In this document: piece by piece, positions 30,701 to 45,829 of the stretch | Layout: every line of letters begins with the position of its first letter | How positions within the stretch are numbered: the first letter of the stretch is position 1 | Source of the DNA: Tubiluchus corallicola | Lineage: Eukaryota > Animalia > Priapulida | Assembly (NCBI GenBank): GCA_030141605.1 | Contig: JAQGDQ010000159.1 | Span: 310,001 to 374,000 of the forward strand | DNA length: 64,000 bases | Direction of reading: 5' to 3' | The notes under the pieces: generated by a model | Databases searched by the model: none | What the model saw: only the letters and a program-made list of their open reading frames with translations | Told to the model about the DNA's origin: nothing | Made by a program: the position numbers and the translations under genes

Positions 30701-33700
30701 ATAAAAAAACAACTTAATCAATTACAAATTTGTCAATTGTAAAAGTGCTAAAATATAACAGATTTAATATATATATATAAATAACTGTACATATGAACCA
30801 ATTGTTTAGCAATAATATACATAAATATAGATAAGCATGAAAATCTCTTTATTAATTTCTATTTGCAGTTTTAAAATTTCATGTCAAAGAGGAATATGAA
30901 AATTAAACAAAATTCGTATTAGCTTCTTCAGTCATGAATTTCTGCTGAATTCTCGGACGTCGTAAAGATGCAGGTTTTGTGCGACCTCACGGCATTTGTC
31001 GTCATTTTGTAGTCTGGCGCAAAATCTGACGTACCAGCATTAATTTTGATGCGTAGATTAACAACATTTTCTGTATTTTGCTTAGAAACATCTTAAGTAA
31101 GAGTTTTGTAATTGATCATGTTGCTTATTATCGTTCTTGTTGTCGTCATCGTCGTCGTCGTTGTTGTTGTTTTCACTGATGTTGCTTTGGTTGTTGTTTT
31201 TGTCGTGTTTACTGAAATGAATTGCTTACTTGGATTTTTATTTATAGGCACGCAGGTATTTGCCAAGGCCGGATACTATAAAGGCATGATGGTAGCTATT
31301 AAAGACATAAACAAAGAACATATGAATGTCTCGAGAACAGTGATGAGGGAGTTTTACGATGTAAGTGAATTAACAATACTGTGTCACTGAGCGTTGTTCT
31401 CCTGTAAGCAGCGAATAAAACAAGGGTACAGTAAAAGGCAAGGGTACAGGAAAAGACTAGGTATCGTAAAAGTGGCTAAACGTTAGGTATTGGAAAGCAA
31501 AATAGTACTACAGTATATTGCTTACACTTTTCAACTTCTTCTGCTGAATGGTGATGTAAAACGTTAAAAGTGTCATTTGACGGTAACCATTAATTTTTTA
31601 AATTAATTAACTAAAACAAAACTGACATTTGTACGTTTAAATTAAATTTTACATTAGAATGGAGTCAGTTTGTTATTTATTATACAACTAATGCCAATAA
31701 AATAACAATTTTAACGCTATTTTGAGGGAAACCGAGTGCGAAACCGGTAATTAAAGTCATTATTTAATGGCTTTATTATAAGTTCGCTATGAATTCTTTT
31801 TCGTTGTGTGCTTTCATTATTGCTCGACACTTCTCGATTTAGCTGGAACACGACTGCTAGCGCCACGTACGAACATTGATCAGATGCTTATTTTAGCTTC
31901 TAATAATATGAGTATAGTAAATAAACAAGGTAAAAATATTGAATGTGAACCTTTCACAGTGTTTAATCTACTGCTGAGATTAAAGTAATCTGACATAATG
32001 ATGGTTCTTGAAGATTCCTGGAAGAGACATATATTAAGGAGTTTGAATGACGCCAGTTGACATAGTTGATGTTACTTTACATACATATGGTAATACTGTC
32101 CTGGTCTAAGATTCAAGTTTTTGATCTACACTGTTACAAACAAATCTTGGTACAAATTCCGATGATTTGATGATGCAGTACGATCCTAAACGTGGTTCTA
32201 GATTCATTTAATGTTCATATCTGTTGCATTATGGCTTTGTGGTTACAATCTAAAACTAAAGCTTGAATCCCGACTTTGTTATCTACTGACACGAGTTGGA
32301 TTTCTGCAAGTCGCTCAGATTTGACAATGTATATCTACTTTACCGTGAAAAATTCACTTGAAAACCGGCAGCTTACTTGGGAGAATCAATAATTCACTTC
32401 AAAATCGGTAGTAACTCTTTCAACGTTAGGTAACTCTTTCGATGACTAGTAAGTCACTCACTTGAGAATTGGAGACTCACTAGACACTCAGTAACTCATT
32501 CAATGTTTGATAACTCACTAGGTCAGTGGTAAATAACTGGAGAATTGATAACTCATTTGGTTATCCGAGAATCGATTGAACTTTGATAACTCATTTGTTA
32601 TAGTCTGCTTGCACGAAAAACGGTAACTCGCTTGAAAAGGAACTCATTTTAATAAGACTACAATTCACTCGAAGATAGTTAATTCACTGAATGTCGAAAC
32701 TTTGCCACTATTTTATAAGGCACTGAGTAGCCGATGTTCACCAAGTTGGGTAGCCATTCATTGAATATACTTGGCTAAGGTGTCGCAGACGGAAAATGTT
32801 GACCTTGCTTATCTCTAGTCAGGAAAAGGCGGTGAAGCCAATTTTTGTATCTTTGACGAAGAAGACTTACGCAAGTATACTATGGAAGTTATTTTTAATT
32901 TATATCGCTGTACTTTTTTCAACTTATGTGTTAAAGAAATCCATAATAAGTCTCTAGCAAGTCGTCACTCACTATGCACATTGTAAGATAGTGTTATGTT
33001 ATGTTACACTCTATGGTAATTTATATGTTCATGTTATTTTCTTATGCTAATGATGTACTTCTACCTAGTTCGTTCTCTATATTGACAAAAACTCCAGCTT
33101 ATGCTAGAGTAATTATATTTTTGTTATTAATTGCTCGTATTTTAAAATTGCTCTAAAGCTATTTCGGCAGATTTCAGTCTACGTTCCATTCTAGCTGAGG
33201 GATATTTTACATGAAAATCTCAACGTGTTTGTTGGAGCTTGCATTGAACCTCCAAATATATGTCTGTTGTGGGCCTACTGTCACAAAGGAAGTCTTCAGG
33301 TAAGCACCGTGCTTTCCTATTATTTACTTACAGGCTAATGTTTTCGATTTCTAGTAATTTGTAGCTAATTTTTATAACTAATTCTTTACATTTTTGCTTA
33401 AACAGGACATCATAGAAAATGATGACATCAAATTAGACACAACGTTCAGACTGTCAATGCTTTCTGATGTAGCCAGAGGAATGGAGTACATGCACAAGAG
33501 TGTTCTGCATGCTCATGGTAATCTTAAATCCACCAATTGCCTTGTGGACAACCGGTGGACAGTCAAAATTACCGATTATGGTCTGCATAGTTTCTTGACT
33601 GGAAGAGGTCAGAAAAAGGAAGAAGATGAAAACTATGAGTTCTTACGTGAGTTTTGTAAAACCCAGTTATGTACAAATAATGCTTAATTTAAGTTTGCAA

Positions 33701-36700
33701 GTAATTTGTTTACAAGTATCAAAATATTTCAAACCCTACAAGAAATGCTAGTTGGCAAAGATAAAGGCTTTACTGAATGTTCACCTCATTAAAGAAAAAT
33801 AAATAGGTTTTTATCTTTTGCCTCTAGTTATTATGTGTACATTCTTTTTTATTTCCTGTCCACAAGCGGTATTTATGTGATTATGCGAAGACATAATTCA
33901 TGATATACAATCAACGATTTTTTTCTGTCAAAGCACCTAAACCATTTCCTGGGCAAACACTGTTACCTCCATTCTTTAGCATAATTATGTTAGTGCTTTC
34001 CAATTTTATATTACTATTGTTAATTATAGAATGTAGTAGAACAGCATGCAGCTTTTATCAGTTTCACGCAACAGAGTGTTAAATTGTGGCACTTATAGGC
34101 AAACAATGGACCGCACCTGAAATACTCCGAGAAAATTTCCCAAATGCAGTGGGAAGCCAAAAAGGAGATGTCTATTCCTTCGCAATCATTTCCTATGAAG
34201 TTTGTGGGCGGCAGGCTCCCTACAATTTCGACAACATTACTCCTAGAGGTTTGTACTCTGAATCTCTCATGTTTTGCTAAATTAAAACCTAAAATACTAA
34301 ACTCAAATCTTAAACTTGGCTAACCTGGTATAAAGACATTTTCTAACACTAAATACAATTCAGTAGTATGTTTTGTGCACTTGAGAACTGAAGCTTTGTA
34401 CTTCCAAGCGAGTGCTGATATAATTTTCGGTCAATGAAAAATCACACAGCGAACACGGTGCTGATCTTATAAATGCTGTTCCACTTAATCAAACTAAAGT
34501 CTTTTGAATAAATATCGAAAAAGGCCGTTGAAGCAATAACTGCGTCGTCTACGGCCACATCATTCATGTTCATTTAAAGCCGTGTTCTTACAATAGTTTC
34601 CTTGTTATCAACCCAGTTATTTTGCTAGAATACAGCGGACACTCTATGTTTAAATAAAACTACGCGTGATGTGGAACTTCTTACGTAAATCAAGTCGGCC
34701 AGAAGCTTTGATTAAACGCTCACTGTAAGCTGAACTGCTAGATATGCCTGCCGCTCAATAGCAATTTTAAATCTGTTTAGATTGCATCAATCGCGTACGC
34801 AATGGAGAGGCTAAACCATTCAGACCAACAATTCCAGACGATGGTTTTGAAGTCGGACCAAAAATGACGCAGATAATTCAAAACTGTTGGAACGAAAATC
34901 CAGACGCAAGACCTACGTTTTCGATTATTCGGAAAAACCTTCGCGATATGACGGGTGGAGAGTGAGTTGTCTTAAGTCATTATACGCCAGTCAGGTGGTA
35001 AAAAATGCTGAATGAAAATTAAAACGTTATTAGTATCAGTTTAACAACTTAAGGAAACGTTTCTCTATAGTTGTTAATTTAACATAATCAGAATTATTAT
35101 AAACAACCCGGCACGCATGTTACGTTAAACACCGTAATTTGATAACATGTTGTAGCTTTTTTTGGATATTGCCAGGATTGTCATCGTTGACATGATACTG
35201 AGCATGATGGAAAAATATTCTAACAACCTTGAAGAAATTATTGAAGAGAGAACGCAGCAATTAAATGAAGAAAAGATCAAGACTGACAAACTGTTATACA
35301 GAATGCTACCTCCGTATGTAGATATTGCTATATTAGATTATGACACGTTTATAGTAGCAGCAGTAGTAGTATTATATCGACTATATGGTCCATCGAAATC
35401 ATTATAATAACTGGCATGCACTAATTTCGCGAAGTCCAGGCTCTAATTCAAATTGCTCTTGCACTAATATACAATAACATGCGACTCGTCTTGACCAAAG
35501 ACATAATCTCACAAGCATACCCTATTTTCACGAGGGATGGGTGACCTGGCCCGTCTACCAGTCTCAACCCTCAGATGACGGAGACGATGAATAAAGTTAC
35601 TAAAACTGATTTGAAGAGAACCAGACGAATATATTGCATGTTGCCCTAATGAAGGTCTGTCGACTACATAGCAAGAATACCAACTTTTGTTTGCAGTTTT
35701 AGCAATATTGGCTAACTTGTTGTGAAGACTACAATTTTAACACTTACAAAGGAATCAAATGCACGAGAGGGAGACATGGATTAGGGTTAGTTGCCAAGCA
35801 AACGTCAAGGTTTCACTCGGATTAAGATCACCAAGCTTTTTATTGAAAAACTGTTTTCGTTATGTCTTTTCAAAATCAAGTCTCTAACATTAGCCACGCT
35901 TGCTTCTACAAGACACAAATCCTTACTTTAATTTAAGGTAACTATTTTATAGTAATGGCCAAAAATAACACATTTGTATTAGCGGCGCATAACTTAAACA
36001 TTGAGCAGTCTCTGTGCGCCTACAGCTTGAAATAAAAAAAAACTTTATATCCATACAGCTGAAATATTGGCATGTGTTAGTTGAGTAGCAAGTGTGCAGC
36101 TTCTCCACAACTAAAACAACTTTGTGGTCTTTAGAAATTTTACCACTTAATAAGTTACAAAATAAATTTTATAGCTACTATGAACGTCTTTTGTTAAAAT
36201 ATACTTATATTCCCTATATTCTCTAAGTAGTAGTAGTAGCTTGTAATAATAAACTTCTGAATTGACTCATTTTATATAGTAAAGATCAATAGAAGATCTG
36301 TATATGTTTGAGTCCTGTAAGGAGAAAATTTGTTACTTTTTAGTTATTTTTATTTACTTGTAATTATAAAGTGTTTTAGAGATAGACAGTTTCAGTCTTC
36401 AGAGCCCACATAGACATTTTAGTTTTATTGTGAAACTTTATCGTTCGTCACTGAACAGTGCAGTGCTAAAATTGATTTTGAATTTTCAACACAAATATGC
36501 TTTTCATGAAAGCGTTATTCATTTTTTATTCATTATTATTATCATTGTTAATTAACACTTTAAATTATTAACACTACACCGACATTGCGTTAATGATATT
36601 GTAGAACAGTGGCAGATAATCTGAAATTAGGACGACCAGTGCATCCAGAAGCTTACGATTCAGTAACCATCTACTTCTCTGACGTTGTTGGATTCACACA

Positions 36701-39700
36701 CCTGGCTGGCGAAAGTTCACCTTTACAGGTAGGCCTGTAAATTGTACACTTTTTGTGCTTTGATTAAATCGTGTAATTTTAGGTTGGTTATGCCAGACAT
36801 CAAAGCTTTGATGATGTGAACCTGCTTGTGGAAGACCGCGAGGAAGTTCGATTTATTCAAATTGTTGTGGGTAACCTAATAGTAGCCTAAACATGAAAGC
36901 CTGAAAAAACTCGTTAGAATTAGTCTGAGTAAACTAAACAGTGGAATCAAGTTTGAAAAAATGCTTAAATGTGCTTTCTTTTAGATACGAAAGTAAGAAA
37001 CGAAATATAGAAAACTATGAACTTTAAATCCATTTATGTTTCATTCACTCTAACTTGTTCAAGACAGTTTAAAAAGGAAGAGCCAGCTATTACTATTATA
37101 GTACCAACTTCAGATTGGCATGATTAAACAGTAAACTGTATATGATGTATAAACATGGTATAAACATGTTAAGCAGTATAACTGTATAAACTGTACCACA
37201 CGAGGGAATCGTGTGATGACAAAGAATAATATACTTATTCCATCACATCTTTAAATGGCTAATTTAGATGAAGTTTGATAGTTACTCAATATTTAAATTT
37301 CTGTGAGGCTAATAAGTTGATGTTATCCATTACTTCTAAATCTGGATATGCTATCTAAAAAGGTAGGGTAGTTTGGCACGAGCACTATCCATTGATTCAA
37401 TTGACTGCACACTAGTTTATAAAATAATTCACTAGCAATTATTTCTCGTAATATTTCTTTAGATTGTCGACTTTCTGAATGACTTGTACACGTGCTTTGA
37501 CGACATTATTGCAAAACATGATGTCTACAAAGTAGAAACGATAGGTGACGCTTATATGGTGGCTAGTGGTGTCCCACAAAGGAATGGGCAGCGACATACT
37601 GAAGAAATTGCAAACTGTGCTCTAGATCTGTTGAGTGCCAGTACTCATTTTCGAATTAGACATCGACCTCAAATGCAACTGCAACTAAGAATTGGTAATG
37701 AAATACACATTTTGGGAAAGTTAGTTTTAATTTAATGAGTCAATTCATAGAATTCGTACGACGCTAATCGAAGAAGTTGTCTAGTTTAACGCACAACCAA
37801 TCCAGTCATTATATCAACAAAAATTAATGCATAGTAAACTGGATATCTGAAATGCGCTTAAAGAGTCGTGCGCTAACATTATTTGTAAAATACAATGCTT
37901 TTAAATGTGGTATTTGTTTTTGTACATAGGACTGCACACTGGACCTGTTGTTGCTGGTGTTGTTGGTCTAATCATGCCCCGTTATTGCTTGTTTGGAGAC
38001 ACTGTAAATACAGCTGCAAGAATGGAATCGAACGGAAAAGGTTGGTGATTATTCATAATTCGACGTATTAAACTGGTAAAGTATCTTTGCAGCAGCTTAA
38101 ATGGCGTATGAAATGAGACAAGGGCGTTTTTGTGGACGCTCATACTTAGTATTCTGTTGATACATCGCTGACTTAATTTACCTTCCAACTTTCGTGGTCC
38201 AACAAAAATCTGTCTGCTCTGGTCACCAAACGACCTTTCTTCAGGCTTACCTGATATTTTGCAAAGTCCTTGGAGCTAGCTTTAAAATGAAAAATGAATT
38301 TCACTCTTTGAGTAGAAATCGCTTACCTATTAGAATGCACAAAATCAATAATTAAAAATTTATTATTAATCATTGACCGTTGTTAATGATGATAATTGAA
38401 AATGCACAAACAAAAATGATCGTTAAACTTGCTAACTTGTTACAATTTTGCAGTATTTTGCTGATAATTTTGTGAACATTTTGACAGATACTAGATGTGC
38501 ATTTTGCGCTCCAAGTATATCAACTAAATGCAGCGAGATTTCAAACAATGTTTCTTTTTACTGAGATTTTTAGCAAAACGCAATTTTAAGGTCAAAGTAA
38601 AAAGTTAATGTTTATATTCTCATGTTGCGTTTAAATGAGTTCGCAAAAAATCAGTAAATTCAACGAACAAAACGACTGTGAAAAAGCTCTTTCTAGGATG
38701 AAGTAAATTTTCGATCAAATAAATCGTGAATTAAAAATCAGTGTAACGTCCCTAACGTTCATTACATTTGTAAGACTTATTTTGCATTGCAGAATCTCGC
38801 ATTCACCTTAGCAAACAACTTCAGATTGCATTGAAAGAGAAAGACGTGTTTGAAATGAAACAACGAGGAGAAATGAATGTGAAGGTGGGAAAGAATATAA
38901 CCTAGCTTAATTTTTATAAGGCAACAGGCGCAGTAAAGTTACAATTGCACAATTTCAAATTTATAGTACACCAAATTTAGCGTGAGACTTAATTTCATGC
39001 TGCACAATGATGTACGAAATATGTGTGTGACAGAAACAGTGTGTTTTGCAGAAAAGAGGAATTTATTGTAGGTAACTCGTAACTCGTTTATTCATTCAAA
39101 ACCCTTATACTTTGTAGGTCCTTATACATAAAACTGTAATACATGACGTGTCTTTATGACGTATGCCATGATTTATGACGTGCTTTTACTATGTTGCTGA
39201 GATTTAACAGCTTAGTAACCCATTAACGTTTTAAAATGTTAAATTGCTTTTTGGCGATGTCGCATTTTTGATAAAAATAGAGCTCTTTAGCAAGCCAGCA
39301 TGAAATTTTAGGAAATTCTATGGAGAAGACATTCACCAGTTGATGCCTTACGAGCTTGCTCTAGTTTCGTATCATTTTTTTATTAGGGAAAGGGACTACA
39401 GATGACTTATTGGTTATATGGTAAAAAAGGATACGACAAGCCACTCCCTAAATTTGTTGAGTGAGTACAACTTTTGAGACAATGTTTCATGTTTCTTGTC
39501 AAAATTTATTGCCCACCAGTCGACTGTAGTTTCTTCGAAATATTTAACATTAAAAGTTAATTGCAAGGCTGATATTGTATTCTATATACAGAGCAAGACC
39601 TTTGTTCAACATTGACTTAGTGTTTAAACATTTATGTGCTTATTAAATCATTGCATGTTTAAATGTTTTTACCACTACATTAAAATATCGTAATTTCAGA

Positions 39701-40796
39701 CCTTCAGTGTCGCACGCTACAGTGCGATATCAGCACTCAAAAACAGGGCTTAATTAACATGTTAATGGTTGTTGCAGAACCGGACGTTAGTGCATTATCA
39801 CGTATAATTCTGTAACATGAGATACTGAACCACTGGGTAGAGGTATCTTATTCACATTCAGATGTATACACAACATGCGTTTTCCCTCAAGAGAAAATAT
39901 CTGGAGACAATATGGTGGCTGAAACTGCCTCGAAGCGATTTTCTTTGGTTATTCGTCCATTCACCTACTAGGTCCAAAGTTGCTTTATTTCGGTATTAAG
40001 CACAAACCGTGACTACTCAATTACTCTCTCGCTCTGGAACTTTAATTAATAATTTGGTTTGCAAAATAAATCGAAAATTGGTTGTGAAAATAGTCCTGAA
40101 TGCGAAGCGTTTGATTACTCGCCGACCAAACACGTGCACACAAGCACGCACATACGTTTTGCTTGCACGTAAAATTGCAAACTTAGTAACATACAATGCT
40201 TCGGATGGTGCCCTCCCGTCGGTTCTTTTAAATCATTCAACATTTTTTCTGCTAAGTGTCCTATTGTGATGTCAGAAGTTAATAAACAACCGCACACCAC
40301 AAAATGGTGTAACAATAAAAACATTTGCCCAATGTAGAAACTGCTAACTAACGCTAACTAGTCGTTTCACAGATGATCATTATTGCGCGTGTAAAATATC
40401 CCAGGTTGAATCATTTAGGCGAGTATTAACTCGGTAATAAGGAACAAAATTTTAATTTCGGTTTTGACAAGAGGTTGGCAAAGTGCAATTTTGTCTACGC
40501 CACAAGTTATGAGACAGTGGTAGCGGCTGACTGTCCAATACCACTGTTGCTTTAAAAATGACTCTGTGCTCGAAATCTCTCTCTATTTTTGTTAAAGAAA
40601 GGCACATCAGCGGATTAAACAAACAAAAGCCCAAGCAACCTGGGAAATTAATTTGCAACTTTACAAAAATACTTTGTTGTTTATAAATGTGAATGTCGTT
40701 TTAATTTCAATTTATTTCAGTGATGCAGCCTTGGACGAATTCTCGTACAGCCAGGATGGAGCAAAAGACGGAGTTGACAAGAAAGAAACTGCATAA
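18497..40796 (+). CDS. Receptor-type (transmembrane) guanylyl cyclase, natriuretic-peptide-receptor/speract-receptor-like, 24 coding exons
   Basis: Phase-consistent exons: 18497-18867, 19210-19319, 19764-20003, 20385-20495, 22281-22480, 23286-23405, 24371-24506, 25020-25147, 28220-28334, 29164-29245, 29991-30108, 30268-30370, 31248-31360, 33195-33299, 33406-33646, 34099-34248, 34781-34961, 35176-35313, 36605-36728, 37463-37694, 37930-38040, 38793-38884, 39387-39460, 40721-40796. Domains: signal peptide; ANF-receptor ectodomain ([43 protein letters not shown]); TM ([25 protein letters not shown]); kinase-homology domain ([23 protein letters not shown]); coiled coil ([16 protein letters not shown]); cyclase ([39 protein letters not shown], with the GTP-specifying E and C). 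The start codon is less certain because a cag acceptor at 18546 would allow an upstream exon. Confidence 0.95.
21678..21756. repeat. (TAAA)n followed by (TA)n microsatellite
   Basis: Visible directly. Confidence 0.95.
23862..24211. mobile_element. MITE-like element with about 15-bp terminal inverted repeats and an AT-rich internally repetitive body
   Basis: The left end tatggaacgccaaag matches the reverse complement of the right end, tatggaatgccagag, at 13/15. The interior is built of tattaataaat/aatattcata-like units. Confidence 0.65.
26948..27664 (+). mobile_element. Decayed, internally deleted Tc1/mariner-type DNA transposon in a guanylyl cyclase intron
   Basis: The ends TA-tggggtgtcagaaaaa ... 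tttttgcgctacccga-TA resemble degenerate TIRs. The interior at about 27280-27490 translates as [14 protein letters not shown]...[10 protein letters not shown]...RRLR...[12 protein letters not shown], a transposase C-terminus with a stop and frameshift. Confidence 0.75.
32350..32695. repeat. Highly degenerate minisatellite of about 20 bp with a TAACTCA(C/T) core
   Basis: taactcac/taactcat/aattcact recurs at roughly 20-bp spacing, more than a dozen times. Confidence 0.6.
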
Positions 40797-43700
40797 TCTG
40801 ATTTACACACCTCACATCAACTAGGGTTACTGACTGTGCATATAGCAATTGTCGCAATGGATCAATTAAGTGGCCTATCACTTTGGTACCACAAGTCTAG
40901 ATTTAGCCTATAGCTAAACGTGAAAGATGTTTTTTGATGCAGTTATCTATTTATAATCTATATTAGTTAGCGAGGCCCTGCAAAGCATTTTGCACGAAGT
41001 CGTAACTGTGTAAAACTTATCGCTATTTTTTAACACGGCAAGCGCTATTAGATCCGCCCACCAATGATCAGTAATACGCAAATGCGGCTACGTATGGTTT
41101 TACAGCCCATTCTGCGTAGGGTATTTTGTTTTCCGCGCAACGTAATCCTGTACATTAGTTACATTTCGACAGAAAATACTATATCGTGCAAAAATTCGCG
41201 CAAACGGTATTTGAAAGAAATAATTTTGAAACTATTTAGGACTCTGTTACAAAAATATTTACACTGCAAACAAGGAAGAATTGCACTACTACAAGACGCA
41301 AAAAATAATAATTTGAAACGTTTCCCAGTAAACGAAACGGAAGGATGTTATTCAGTGTTCCAGTTAGTGCGATTTTTACTGAGAAATTGTAGAACGCTTG
41401 TGCTACCATACGAACTACAGCTATAGTTGCTGTCACATCCATCGTTTCTTTTTTCTGATTTGCTGCTGTAAAAAAATTGTGTGAAATATTAATCATTTTA
41501 TTATGATGCCGGTTGTTAGTGATGAGAGCTTTTCTTATTATTTAGTAACAGTAGTTATTGTTACCTTTATTCGTTATCATAGGAATGCAGTTAACTGTAC
41601 TTAATACAATTTTGGTTTAAAAAATTTAAGATCTAGAGTAAAAGGTTTATGTGAAAGTGAAAATTAAACCTGCTAAAATAAAGTAAGTATTTAAAAAACG
41701 CCCTTGTAAAGTTTTCGATTTTGTATTTATTGTTCTGTCGTCTGCAGGTACAATTATATAATTAGATATAAACTAACTATAAGCTATTATACATGTAGTT
41801 TAGTTATTGTGTTGTTTTGCTATACATACTTTAGACATAGTTTTTAAATTCTTTATAACAAGAACAATATCCGTTTCATAAACAATTTCTATGATAGATT
41901 TTACTATATTTTTCATTAAAAAATCAGTATAATCATCAAAAGTGAATGTTCCTAAAGATGACTGCTAGTGTGCTGAAGCAACGTGGATGTTTTTTTATTA
42001 AAATGTAATAAAATTTAGTATATAGTGGGCTGTTTATGAAACGGATATACCTTACTTATGCACTTTATGCAACGCAGCTATATAAAGACAAAAGTAGTGA
42101 CTACAAACACGATAATTATACCAGCGGACATTGAACTGGATAGTGTGCTCACGTTACTGTGCTTTTTAGCGATTTTGTTAGCTAAAAGTTCAACAGTATT
42201 TGTGCAGAAGTCTACTCTTAGATACAAGTGACGCTTCGTTTGTACAAAACGAGTATTATGGTAATGATTTTTCAAAAGACGCACGTCTACATACATTACA
42301 CACTGGTTTTTTGTTCAGTACTATTCTGTTTTTATGTCACTAATGTAGTAAGATCATTATAAACTATAGTTTGGAATTTACTCATTTTTAAACATGTTTA
42401 AGTGCATAGGACTTTGGAGAGTCAATCTAAGGGACGAATGCTGTTGTTAACTTGTGAACAAATTTATAGGCAAGTGACATAGGGAGATGTTGTTGTGAAT
42501 AACCTTTCGTGGCACATTCTCATAACCGGATTTCTTATGTTGTTCAGATTTGTAAGTGGTTCTTTGCGTAACCTGTTAATGGGAATTCGTCTAGTAAATT
42601 TGCTGTCACCTACATGCTCTATGGTATTATATACAAAATCTTATTTCATTTATGTCCACTTATAACTACCCAACAACCTTTCGTTAGCTCGGTTTTATCC
42701 TAATTTCGTTTACTGCCATTTCTGTGTATCTCATCGTTTATTTCTATGACTCATCCTTTTCTCACTGTCTTGCTGTTTATCCACTTATCCTGCCATCCAA
42801 TTACTGCACTGGTTTTGTTGTGCATTAATAACATTAACAACAGTCTATTGTACAGACCTGCGTCAAATGTTTCAGAAATCATATGTCAAATTGTTGTTAT
42901 AACGTCTGTTATTGTATTTACATGCTTAGATTTCATTCTAAATGTTTATTGTAACTCGAGCATGTGTATTGCTGCTGAAAAATTATATGAATGTTAACGA
43001 ATTATATGAATGACGTTAACAAAAGTGCACGTATTTACATTTAATTAGAATAAACTTGTTTTCGTTGTAATTACCAGCAATAATTGGAAAAAGGGTTTAT
43101 TTCTTTTCCATACTAACTCGTGTGTTGTGTATCATATTGTCAATATACGTTCTTAACTATCAAATTAATAAAAACGGTTATAGTGTCTATTAATTAAAAT
43201 ACAAGTTTACCTCCGCTCTCCGCGCCGGGTTTCTCGCCTGTGAAATTTTAATAATTTCTGCTATATTATCCTTCTATTGGCGAAAATTAGATTAAGTAAG
43301 TAGTTATTATTAATATTTTATTATCACATAATTTAGCAGCACTTGGTACTTTACTACGGCATTATTTCTGCAGCTTTTCTCCTGTCTCAGTTAGAGATGA
43401 TACGCATATCCCGCTTAACTTGCTTATATATTTGCTGATTCGCTCTCGCAGTACAAAGTAGAAATGTTTGTATATGTTAAAAGATATTGTAGTAAAAACT
43501 TTGAAAATTTGACTTTCCATGTATCATGTGGTCAGGCCATTAAACTGTCTGAATTACATCCCAGCTTTTGGTGGTACAGAGATTGTTGTCTGACAGCAAA
43601 GGTGTAGATGTACAAGTTGCCACTATTACTAAATACCAAATCTATTACTTGACATTTCGATAGACCGGGAAACCGAAAACATAAAACTATTTCAAAGTTC

Positions 43701-45829
43701 ATTCCTGTACAAATCCTTTAAGAGTATCTGCATCAGTATGAAAATTTTACTACTATTACCAATTCTTGCCGATTTAGGGATAAAAAGTGACTTACCAATC
43801 ACGAATAGACGTGATTAATTATTTATTTCTGTTTCACTGATTTATTTTACTATAACTATGGCACGAAAAAAAATATGGCACCAAGAAAAAATAAAGCATG
43901 ATATTGCACAGGTTTTGCATTTGCGAATGAATCTGTGGGCAAGAAAAGTATTTACCCGGAGCTATTATCAGTCAAGAAGTGTTTTGAAGTTTCAAGGAAA
44001 TGCCAAGCCTAATCAAGTGGTTCTCATAAGTGATAAAAATCACAGTAAACAAGAATGCGTAATGGGCAGTAGCAGTTCATCCGACACGAGATGGATTGGC
44101 CAGGTCAGCTACGGTACGAACAAGCAAGGGAGCGATAAGAAGACCAATTCAGAAACTTCGTCTTCTTGAATGTTGTGAAAGTACTGTTGAAATTATATAA
44201 GTTTTAAAATCCTTAAAGCTATAATATATTTATTTTGTTAAGCTAAATTAGCTTCATGTTCAGTGAGTTTAAGATAGAGTTTAATGTTTGCATTTTGCTT
44301 GCAGTTTGATCGCTACGATTGTGCTACAGTGTGATATGTGTCTTTTATAAGCTTGCAGTAACTTAACTGTTGTTGCAGAAAATAGTTACATACTTTGTAA
44401 TCTCTTATATCTTACCACATTCTAGCCAACCTTAATTGTGAATTGGGGCTTATCTGCAGTATAATCATTAAGTTTGTTCTAACTAGCAAGTTAGCTGATC
44501 AGTAAATTCTGAGGTCAAGATTACGCTGGTTTTTGTGTGCTTACATGAGTTTGTAATCTTAGTTTGTCATTGATGTAGATGCTTGAAGTATTAATGTGAA
44601 ATTCTTCTTGATAATAATTTTAAGAATTTCAGAGCGGTGTATGTAAAAAATTACGCAATGTTAGTTTTAAATTAGGCCACCCAGTAGTTAGGCTTAATGC
44701 GCATGTGCGTAAACAGCAATGAAGGAGGCAGGCGACGGTTACTTTTTTGTGATAGAGTTTAATTAAAATTTTTAATGAACCAACAATCCTTTTGTGTTTA
44801 GTTCTATGTGTGATAGAACAAGAACAGCTAACTTTCTTAAGCCCAAGTACATTTGGTAATACATTTCAAAATAATGTCACATCGCATGGTATTGTGAGCG
44901 TGTATTAATGGCCTGTGTATTCAAAAGACCTCTGGCTGTACTGAGTGCATTTACAAGCTGTGATGATAAAGCACTCATCACGTCTTGTCACGCAAGGCCT
45001 TGACAGTCATATTTTCCTGGCTGCCTTGTTATATCTTAAGCCAGCGTATTTGATGGCGACTTTAGAATGGATTAGCCCGTGATCAGTCTTGTGGTCAGCC
45101 CCTCTCGTTGCTTTGGCGATTTTTACATTGATATTGCCATGAGGTCTTGTATTTGGTTGCTAGATGAAATAAACTGTTGGAGATAAGCAGTTTGTATTCG
45201 CCATTGCAGTAGTAAGCCATGACAATTACACATAGTTACTCATGGCAATATAAAGTTCCAGGCCAATGAAATCCCCAAGAAGTTCTAATATTTATTTATT
45301 TATTTATTTATATTACTTAACACGTAATCTTTATTGAAAACCTTTAAAAATATTTACAAGAAGGTATAAAATATAAATGTAGAATACAACTTTTATACCG
45401 CACAGATATAAATTTTACAGATAAAAATGGCTAGCCTATGTTACTTATATATGGTCATCGTTGGCGTCTGCAAAGTCTGCAGTCTGCATTGCACGCCTGT
45501 TATAGCCCTAATAATTTCCAAAATTTTTGTCTTGATAACATTTCCTGTAGAAGCAAGTACTTAGCCTAAAAGGTCCTGTAGCTTCAACTTTCATATGGGT
45601 CATCAGAGGCAACTTGCAAGACGTGCAAAACATAAACTGATCTCAAGCATATCGTCTCAAAACGGTAAGTAAAAGTAGATTCACTAGACTGCAAACTAAG
45701 TGAGCCAAGCTGTTTTTATTGTTATTCTTGATATTGCGATATATAAATCAATTATTATGTATGGTGATCTACATGCACAATCTTTGTCAACTCACGGCTA
45801 AATTAAGTTTTTTTTGTGCAGATTATCAC

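Noticed and set aside
32350-32695. CRISPR-like repeat/spacer appearance
   Set aside because: The cores are only about 8 bp and degenerate, the site is a eukaryotic intron, and there are no cas genes.
43858-44169. 103-aa plus-strand ORF
   Set aside because: It has no recognisable motif and no linked exons, so it cannot be supported as a gene.
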